From contig JAPLZK010000001.1 in the NCBI GenBank assembly GCA_026395055.1, positions 81,527-145,526 on the forward strand: a stretch of 64,000 nt of DNA, given 5' to 3'. The number at the start of each line of letters is the position of its first letter. The stretch's first letter is position 1. The position numbers were made by a program, and so were the translations under genes. This DNA is from Candidatus Uhrbacteria bacterium (lineage in GTDB: Bacteria; Patescibacteriota; Patescibacteriia; UBA9934; GWF2-40-263). The notes below the pieces were generated by a model. That model was not told where the DNA came from, ran no database searches, and saw only the letters and a program-made list of their open reading frames with translations. Below, one piece after another: positions 56,683 through 64,000 of this stretch.

Positions 56683-57600
56683 ATGAAGCTTCGTTCACTT
56701 ATCACATCACTCATCTTGTTCGCCATACCGTTCTGCATGCAAGCAGCGGCTGTTTCGCCTGCGACGATTGATTTGATGGGGGGACGCAATGAAACAGTAG
56801 CTTCTACATTTACCGTTATCAATACAAAAGCAACTAGCGAAACGTATTACTTGGACACACTTTCCTTTCAAGCCAAAAATGAAACAGGGGAGCCGCAGTT
56901 TTCTTCGCAAAAAACACAAGATGATCTTACAAAGTGGATAAAATTTCCATCAGACCACATTCAGGTTCCGGCAAGATCAAAGCTTGATGTCCCATTCACG
57001 ATTCATGTTCCAGCAGATGTTGCTGGTGGTAGCTATCAATCGGCAATCACCGTCTCAAGCGCGCCATCAGAGATTGTTGCAACAAATGGAGCTGTCATTG
57101 AAGCAAAAACAGCCATACTCATTTTCTTCACAGTCAAAGGTGATTCAACAAAAAAAGCAGCGCTTCTCGATTTTCTCCCGAGTGAGAGAGGAATTCTCTC
57201 AGATCTTCATCAGACATTTACGTATCGTATCCAGGACCAAGGAAATGTTTACGTGATTCCAGACGGAACGGTGACCATAAAAGATCTCTTCGGCAGAACC
57301 ATTCAAACAAGAAATGCAAACGAAGCAAAAAATCGCGTGCTCCCAATGTCCACAAGATCGTTTCAACTGACAGATCAAAAACCAAAAGGATTTCTAAATA
57401 CGCTGAATGATCAAGCAAGACTGTTCGCCATCGGTCCTATGCACGCAACGCTTGCATTGAATCTGGGAGAAGGGTTCCAGCCAATCAACGCAACAACTTC
57501 CTTCTGGTATGTACCGTATCAATTGATCCTTGTCGTGATTGCTCTCATTGTTCTCGTGCTCCTTGGGTATAGATTCCTCTCAAAACATAAAAAAACGTAG
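56683..57600 (+). CDS. Surface protein, DUF916/DUF3324 (WxL-partner)-like, C-terminal TM
   Basis: Signal peptide; VSPA, WIKF, VPFTIHVPAD..GG, GNVYVIP.G, VLP.STR; TM and basic tail. Confidence 0.7.
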   Translation: MKLRSLITSLILFAIPFCMQAAAVSPATIDLMGGRNETVASTFTVINTKATSETYYLDTLSFQAKNETGEPQFSSQKTQDDLTKWIKFPSDHIQVPARSKLDVPFTIHVPADVAGGSYQSAITVSSAPSEIVATNGAVIEAKTAILIFFTVKGDSTKKAALLDFLPSERGILSDLHQTFTYRIQDQGNVYVIPDGTVTIKDLFGRTIQTRNANEAKNRVLPMSTRSFQLTDQKPKGFLNTLNDQARLFAIGPMHATLALNLGEGFQPINATTSFWYVPYQLILVVIALIVLVLLGYRFLSKHKKT

Positions 57601-57601
57601 T

Positions 57602-60600
57602 GTGTGTCAAAAATCGTTGTCCATTATTTCGAAGATTGTCTCAATCGCGGTCATCATGACGGCGCTTGTGGCGGCTGTTCGAGTAAATGCAGCAACGGTG
57701 ACGAGTGCAAATGATTACGTGACGACACTTAAAGTGTCCGTTCCGGCGAATCATGAGGTGCTCTTTACAACTCCATCAGGTATTTCAGAAGGTCAAACCG
57801 TAACCCTTACGTTTGATCCAGGATTTACAACATCATCCATCGTGGAAAACGATGTTGATATTGCGGATGACGGTGTTGAACTCACTACAGCAACAAGTTG
57901 TGCGGGCTCAGAACAAGCATCTGTTTCTATTGGATCAAACATCATCACCATCACAATTTGTGCGGGTGATGGTGGTGCGATTGCATCGAGTAGTATCGTG
58001 CGTGTTCGTATTGGAACAAATGCAACAAACTCCGGAGTGGGTGTGAACAGAATCACGAACCCCTCAACCGCTGCGAACCATTTTGTGACAGTTGGCGGAA
58101 CATTTGGTGATGCTGGATCCATTATTTTGCCAATGCAATCTAATTTTGGAGGCATTGCTGTTACCGCATCTATCCCTGCACCATCAGGTGGTGGCGGTGG
58201 GTGTACGGATTGTCCCCCTCCTCCACAATCAGATACGACTGCGCCGGTCATTAGCCAGATTGTTGTCAGCGGAATCACAAAAACGGGCGCGACAATTAGT
58301 TGGACAACAGACGAAGATTCCTCGTCGCGCGTGAATTACGGTCTTACCGATTCATTTGAATTGGGTTTTGTGATGGATCCGTCTCTCACAAAGAGTCATG
58401 TCATCGCCCTTTCAAATTTGCAAGAAGGAAAAACGTATTATTTTCAAGTGAAGTCCGCAGATCAATCGAACAACATCGCGACATCATCAACACTTACGTT
58501 TGGGACGATTGATGAAACAGCTCCTGTTATTTCGAGTATTGCAATTACGAACATTACACAATCCTCTGCAACGGTTACGTGGAACACAAACGAGAACGCA
58601 ACGAGCATTCTTGATTATGGAACCACAACAGATTACGGATCAAATAAGTTGAGTGCGACTCTTGTTACGAGTCACTCATTCGATCTGTCATCGTTACAAA
58701 GTGGGGTGACGTACCACGTTCGCGTGAAATCGCAAGATGCCTCTTCGAATATCGCATCTTCTACAGACGTCACATTTGCAACACTTGCAAATCTTCCTCC
58801 AACGAATGTTTCGGGATTAATCATTACGCCTGGAGATCACTCTCTTTCGCTTGTATGGACAAATCCATCTGACGAAGATTTTGTTGGTGTTCGTGTGTTG
58901 CGATGTCTTTCTCAATACCCAAGTGGTCCGACAGATGGTTCCTGTACGGTTGTTTTAGATAACAGTACAGCGCAATCACTCGATCAAACGAATCTTACAA
59001 ATAATACCTATTATTATTTCGGCGTCTTCTCAAAAGACTCTGCTTTGCAATTCGCTTCTGGTGCGCTTATTTCAGATAAGCCAAGCGCTCCAGTAATAGA
59101 GGTGCCAAGTGTATGTGGAGATAAAATCTGTAGCGCAACAGAAACGATCTCTTCGTGCCCTGCCGACTGTTCTGTTCCTATTCAACCAGGAACTGTCTGC
59201 GGCGATAAAGTATGTACAGATCCCGAAACAGTCATTTCGTGTCCAGCGGATTGTGCGGTCCAAACGCCAACCGTAGGGGATACATGTGGCAATGGGGTTT
59301 GTAATGATTCAGAGTCAACGTTTACGTGTCCGTCTGATTGTAAGAAAACAGAGCCAATTATTCCCGGGTCAGGAGTAGGAACGCTCAAATTTTCAGACGT
59401 GTCATTTTCCGTAGGTAATGGATCGATACCGTTATTAGGCACGGCAGAATATGCAGAGGTCCTGCCACACACGTCGCTTTCTGTGCATGTGCCGGCAGCA
59501 AGTTTGGCAAGTGGTGTTGATCGCGTAACACTCGCGATTGGCGCTGATTCGTACATTTTGCGTCCTGTCACAAAGGTGAGTGCTTCATCTTCTCCCGCAT
59601 CCATTGTTGTTGCGGCAGCGACAGATAACGCACCCGTTCTTTATTACGAGGCGGATGTATTCACTCCGAATACGTTATCCCTCAATCCCGTTTCCATTTT
59701 TATCGATTATATAAATGGAAAAACAATTACGGTTTCTTCGTTTCTGCGTGTTGTCGCTCCGGGCGTCACAAAAGAAATCATCGATGGAGAAGAAAACGTG
59801 ATCGCGGGAGCAACCGTTACGCTGTATCAAGGTTCCGGATCGGGCGTTGTATGGGATGGGTCACCCTATAGCGCACAAAATCCGACAACTAGTACAGCAA
59901 CCGGATCGTTTGCCTGGTATGTTCCAAATGGGCTCTATCATGTCCATGCAGAGCATGACAATTATTCTTCCATCGACACACCTGTGCTGGATGTGAAAAA
60001 TAACATTGTGAGTCCAAGCATCTTGATGACACCTCTTCTTCTAAAAAAAGAGGCAATCCCCCTGCAAACGGCGACGGAAGCCGTGCTTTCAGCGGTCGTC
60101 AGTCAAGACACGGTGAAACAGATCACCGCATCGATTCAAAAATTCACGCAGTCAAAAACTATTCAGGCCGTCTCTAAAAGTATTGAAACCGTTCGGGCAA
60201 TCCCAGCTGTGCAAACAGCTGCAGATGTCTCGGTTCCAACACTTGTCGTGTCCGCTGGATCGAGCGTTCTTGTGATGTCAGTCGCATTCGATTTTCTTCC
60301 GTTTGTTCAATACCTTTTTACTGCGCCGATTCTCTTTTTTGGGCGCCGCAAACGAAAGTCCTTTGGTGTGATTTACAACGCAGTTAGTAAGGAGCCAATT
60401 GGTCTCGCTGTTGTGCGTCTTTATCAGGTAAAAGACGAGCAAGAGCTTCCAGGCAAATTGGTGAAAAGTCGCGTGACGGATAAAGGTGGACGATTTTATT
60501 TCTTGGTTCAACCAGGATTATATCGTCTGACGGTCACAAAGTTAGGGTTTCAGTTCCCTACTCAACAACTCATGACAAAAAAAGAGGACGCTCAGTACAT

Positions 60601-61153
60601 AGACTTGTATCACGGAGAATTGTTACGCGTGACAGAAGCCGATGCAGCTATTACCCCTAATATCCCAATCGATCCTTCGTCAGCAGCGCAATTTCAAGAA
60701 CCAAAGAGTATTCAATGGCGATCGCGACTTCGCGCGATTCAGCACATCATCGCCTTATCCGGCGTTATCGTCTCCCTTGTTTTTGCTATCATCCGACCGA
60801 ACGTGCTTGCGGCCGTGATGGTGATCATTCAAGTTGGAGTTTACGTATTAGTGCAACGACTCGCGAAACCTCGTAAGCCGAAATCTTGGGGAATTGTCTA
60901 CGACAAAAACACTGGCCGCCCCGTTTCAAATGTGGTTGCTCGTATTTTTGAGCCGAAATATAACAAACTTCTTGAGACACAAGTCACAGACAATAAAGGA
61001 CGATACTCCTTCCTTCTCGGACCGTCAGAATATTATGCCGTGTTCGAGAAGGAGGGTTACCGATCCACGCAGGTGAGTCCAATCGATTATACAAAAGACA
61101 AAGAGGCAAAAGATTTTTCCATGGACATCAGTTTGTTTACAAAAGCGGTTTAA
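57602..61153 (+). CDS. Large surface protein: FN3-like repeats, Cys-rich repeats, carboxypeptidase-regulatory-like domains, TM segments
   Basis: DTTAPVIS...ATISWTTDE twice plus a third FN3; 3 x CGD..C...E....CP.DC; TD..GRF/Y.F twice. Start uncertain. Confidence 0.85.
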   Translation: MCQKSLSIISKIVSIAVIMTALVAAVRVNAATVTSANDYVTTLKVSVPANHEVLFTTPSGISEGQTVTLTFDPGFTTSSIVENDVDIADDGVELTTATSCAGSEQASVSIGSNIITITICAGDGGAIASSSIVRVRIGTNATNSGVGVNRITNPSTAANHFVTVGGTFGDAGSIILPMQSNFGGIAVTASIPAPSGGGGGCTDCPPPPQSDTTAPVISQIVVSGITKTGATISWTTDEDSSSRVNYGLTDSFELGFVMDPSLTKSHVIALSNLQEGKTYYFQVKSADQSNNIATSSTLTFGTIDETAPVISSIAITNITQSSATVTWNTNENATSILDYGTTTDYGSNKLSATLVTSHSFDLSSLQSGVTYHVRVKSQDASSNIASSTDVTFATLANLPPTNVSGLIITPGDHSLSLVWTNPSDEDFVGVRVLRCLSQYPSGPTDGSCTVVLDNSTAQSLDQTNLTNNTYYYFGVFSKDSALQFASGALISDKPSAPVIEVPSVCGDKICSATETISSCPADCSVPIQPGTVCGDKVCTDPETVISCPADCAVQTPTVGDTCGNGVCNDSESTFTCPSDCKKTEPIIPGSGVGTLKFSDVSFSVGNGSIPLLGTAEYAEVLPHTSLSVHVPAASLASGVDRVTLAIGADSYILRPVTKVSASSSPASIVVAAATDNAPVLYYEADVFTPNTLSLNPVSIFIDYINGKTITVSSFLRVVAPGVTKEIIDGEENVIAGATVTLYQGSGSGVVWDGSPYSAQNPTTSTATGSFAWYVPNGLYHVHAEHDNYSSIDTPVLDVKNNIVSPSILMTPLLLKKEAIPLQTATEAVLSAVVSQDTVKQITASIQKFTQSKTIQAVSKSIETVRAIPAVQTAADVSVPTLVVSAGSSVLVMSVAFDFLPFVQYLFTAPILFFGRRKRKSFGVIYNAVSKEPIGLAVVRLYQVKDEQELPGKLVKSRVTDKGGRFYFLVQPGLYRLTVTKLGFQFPTQQLMTKKEDAQYIDLYHGELLRVTEADAAITPNIPIDPSSAAQFQEPKSIQWRSRLRAIQHIIALSGVIVSLVFAIIRPNVLAAVMVIIQVGVYVLVQRLAKPRKPKSWGIVYDKNTGRPVSNVVARIFEPKYNKLLETQVTDNKGRYSFLLGPSEYYAVFEKEGYRSTQVSPIDYTKDKEAKDFSMDISLFTKAV
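59114..59341 (+). repeat. Three coding Cys-rich repeats
   Basis: CGDKICSATETISSCPADC / CGDKVCTDPETVISCPADC / CGNGVCNDSESTFTCPSDC. Confidence 0.85.
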
Positions 61154-61166
61154 CACATACGGAGGT

Positions 61167-64000
61167 ATGTCAACGCAATTGCGAAGACAATTTGCATCGT
61201 TCCTCATCATCGTCACATGCCTTGTGACGATGGTTCGTGTTGTAAATGCGGCAGCGGTCGCGCCTCCGAATATTGTGAGTTATCAAGGTCGCTTACTGAA
61301 CGCAAGTGGGGTTCCCGTGACAGACGGATCTCTTTCCATCAAGTTTAAATTGTATGACGCACCAACCGCAGGAACGTGTTTGTGGACAAACTCGAGTTCA
61401 ACCTGTGCAAGCTCAACGGCTCGCTCGGTTACATTGAGTTCTGGTTTGTTCAGTGAAAATTTAGGAGACACAGGAGCAAGTTATGCACCTATCCTCCCAA
61501 CCGTTTTTTCCGATAATGACGCGGTGTATCTTGGAATCACCATCGGTTCAGATTCAGAAATGACGCCACGCAAACGCATGACTGCCGCGCCTTACGCGAT
61601 GAATGCGCAAACATTAGACGGAATTGATTCCACAAGTTTTGTCAGAAATGACGCATCTATTCCTGGTGCGTCTCCACTTACGTTTGAAGGTGCAACAAAC
61701 AATGCATTTCAAACGACATTTAGTTTTACAGATCCAACTGTTGATAGAACCGTTACATTTCAAGACGCATCCGGAACTGTCGCGTATTTATCAGATATAG
61801 GTGGAGGTGTTACACCAGATTCTTTAGATTTTACAGATTTTTCGGACACAATGGCTCTTGATGCGTCAACATCTATTACACAAACAGGAGCACTTTCGCT
61901 TTCTTTCAATAACAACAGTTCGGCAAATACGATTTTTAACCTTCAATCAACAGGGGACTTCGTTGTCCAAGATAATGGAACACCTGCATTTCAGGTGAAT
62001 GATGGTGGACGATTACATTTGGATGCAACATCTGCACAGTCAACGGGAATTACGGGGGTCGGGAACTTTTTGACAGCAGACACCATGTCCGTGATTTCAA
62101 ATGCGAGTTTTCCGGCAGATAGTTCGTCTGGAAATGGAGGGACCTTAATTGGTCAGTTATTTGATTATCACGTTGCAAATTCGTCTGCAACGGTTGTTGG
62201 AGTATTTCCTACATTTGCTTCTACACAAAATGGAAAAAGTTTTACAGGATTTGAATTTGGTGGAGGGCTTTCCACATTTGCTCCAACAAATACAACGGGA
62301 ATAAATGATGTAAATGCATTTCAGATTGATGGTATTACTGATCCAGGAAGTACGATTACTTCAAAAGCTATTAATATTGGTGATGGATGGGATACGGACA
62401 TCGTTTTTGGATCGAATGCTGTGTTGCAAATGAATGGAACAACGCTTACATATAAAGGTGGAAGCGATACGCTGATGACGCTTACACATACTTCAGGCAC
62501 GGGGAATCTACAGATATCAGGTGATCTAACAATTGCCGGAGACGACTTATTCATGACCACAAATACAAGTGGGTTTATTTTGGTGGCTGATGGTACCAAT
62601 TATAACCCTGTTGGTGTGTCTGGTGATGTTTCACTCAGCAGTACAGGATTGACGACGATCGGTGCAAGCGCAATCAATTCTTCCAAAATTGCGGACAACA
62701 GTATTGTAAATGCGGATATCAATTCATCGGCAGGGATTTTGTATTCTAAATTGTCTTTGTCAAATAGTATTTTGCCGACCGATTTAACTTCAGGAGATTA
62801 TTCTGCAGAAATTACATCCGGAACATACTCGATCAATATTTCCGGAAACGCCGCGACGACAACAACGAACGCAAACTTAACGGGTGATGTTACTTCCGTT
62901 GGTAATGCGACGACGATTGGTGCAAGCACCGTCAACTCTTCCAAAATCGCTGATGCGACCATTGTAAGTGGAGACATTGCAGACGGTACTATTCTTAATG
63001 CGAATCTTTTTAACAATACGCTTGATTTTGATAAATTCGCAAACACAATGTTACTTGATGCTGCAACCACCATTCAGGCGCCGGCAGGAAAAAGTTTGTC
63101 AATTGCGGCAACAGCTGCACCGACAGCAGATCTTTTCACAGTCTCTAACTCTGGATTTGCAACAAGCAGCAACATTAATGGGTTTCATTTGAATTATGCG
63201 GGAGCAGATGCGAGTTCTACTGCCATGAAAATTGATTCAGCATTTTCTGCATCTTTTGGCGGACAGACGTACGCCGCACTTGATCTTGGTGCTTTTTCAC
63301 CAACATCTGGCGGCGGCGGTGGCACAACGGTCATTGGTGCAAACATCGAAGGTATTACAGACCCAGATCCAGGTGTTTCAACGATGGTGAACTCCATTGC
63401 ACTTGCTCTTGGAGATGGTTGGGATACCCAACTTTTGTTCGGTGCAGGAGCATCTAAGGTCATGTTTGCAAACACAGGAAGTCTTGAGTTTGAAGATGCA
63501 GCTTTTAACAACATGATGACGCTTACAGACTCAGGAACGACAGGGGATTTGAGTGTGACAGGGAATAGTTATATTGGTGCGGGAAAATCCTTTGACACGA
63601 ATGCAGCGGGGGCTTTGAGTATTGGAAACGTAAATGCTACTTCCCTCGCGATTGGAAATGCGTCCGCAACATCAGCAATTACTACATCTGACTGGGGAAT
63701 TTCAACGACAGGTGCTTTGACGGGAATTGATTCAATCTCCGGTAGTGATAACCAAGGAAGTATTATTCACGATATTCAAGTTACAAGAGTAAATGCTTCA
63801 ACGCATTCACATGTATTTGAAATTGATGGAAGTGCCTTGATGCTTATTTCTGCAACAGGTGATGGTGGAGGTGGAATCAACAGTCGAACGATCGAGATGG
63901 GAACTTCATCTTCTGATACGATTCATATCGCCTCCGCAAGTGCTGCAGCGGCTGATACAATTGCGATTGGTAACTCGAACGCTTCATCCACACTTACTCT
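61167..64000 (+). CDS. Giant fibre/adhesin-like surface protein, 3' end outside the window
   Basis: Not in the ORF track. ATG after GGAGG; MSTQLRRQF signal peptide, SYQGRLLNASG, FKLYDA, PR.RMTAAPYA.NA..LDG; G/S/T/A-rich, no stop seen to the window end. Confidence 0.88.
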   Translation, partial: MSTQLRRQFASFLIIVTCLVTMVRVVNAAAVAPPNIVSYQGRLLNASGVPVTDGSLSIKFKLYDAPTAGTCLWTNSSSTCASSTARSVTLSSGLFSENLGDTGASYAPILPTVFSDNDAVYLGITIGSDSEMTPRKRMTAAPYAMNAQTLDGIDSTSFVRNDASIPGASPLTFEGATNNAFQTTFSFTDPTVDRTVTFQDASGTVAYLSDIGGGVTPDSLDFTDFSDTMALDASTSITQTGALSLSFNNNSSANTIFNLQSTGDFVVQDNGTPAFQVNDGGRLHLDATSAQSTGITGVGNFLTADTMSVISNASFPADSSSGNGGTLIGQLFDYHVANSSATVVGVFPTFASTQNGKSFTGFEFGGGLSTFAPTNTTGINDVNAFQIDGITDPGSTITSKAINIGDGWDTDIVFGSNAVLQMNGTTLTYKGGSDTLMTLTHTSGTGNLQISGDLTIAGDDLFMTTNTSGFILVADGTNYNPVGVSGDVSLSSTGLTTIGASAINSSKIADNSIVNADINSSAGILYSKLSLSNSILPTDLTSGDYSAEITSGTYSINISGNAATTTTNANLTGDVTSVGNATTIGASTVNSSKIADATIVSGDIADGTILNANLFNNTLDFDKFANTMLLDAATTIQAPAGKSLSIAATAAPTADLFTVSNSGFATSSNINGFHLNYAGADASSTAMKIDSAFSASFGGQTYAALDLGAFSPTSGGGGGTTVIGANIEGITDPDPGVSTMVNSIALALGDGWDTQLLFGAGASKVMFANTGSLEFEDAAFNNMMTLTDSGTTGDLSVTGNSYIGAGKSFDTNAAGALSIGNVNATSLAIGNASATSAITTSDWGISTTGALTGIDSISGSDNQGSIIHDIQVTRVNASTHSHVFEIDGSALMLISATGDGGGGINSRTIEMGTSSSDTIHIASASAAAADTIAIGNSNASSTLT

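Noticed and set aside
1-64000. Alternative genetic code (UGA as Gly, as in Gracilibacteria/Absconditabacteria)
   Set aside because: Conserved genes read full length in the standard code, and TGA terminates several of them (holA, coaE, the patatin gene).

Overview
This is a bacterial chromosome segment in the standard code (TGA is used as a stop). Its gene content suggests a Patescibacteria/CPR organism, probably Parcubacteria/ABY1-like; that assignment is inference. Supporting features are the rpsO-NYN-pnp order, H+-PPase, several TrmB-like regulators, core genes mostly lacking Shine-Dalgarno sites, and giant YQGRL-type surface proteins. Core genes (tig, hppA, lspA, pnp, rpsO, Xer recombinase, polA, holA, rpsT, rmuC, 3 tRNAs) alternate with accessory blocks. 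The most notable items are: (1) a ~365-nt, heavily base-paired non-coding transcript with its own sigma70 promoter and terminator at 17.2-17.57 kb, matching no RNA family I recognise; (2) a three-gene array at 49.4-51.0 kb in which a conserved ~70-nt two-hairpin element separates unrelated small ORFs, divergent from a TrmB regulator and bracketed by duplicated MazG-like genes; (3) a 9-kb cluster of unknown genes around a GHKL ATPase whose catalytic Glu appears replaced by Gln, with multi-HTH, coiled-coil and methyltransferase-like partners; (4) a 93-bp palindromic element inserted in frame in polA; (5) a frameshifted comM; (6) parS sites, DnaA boxes and an AT-rich tract near 54.8-55.7 kb. Two CDSs that run off the window ends are missing from the ORF track. 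All calls were made by eye; no searches or folding programs were run.
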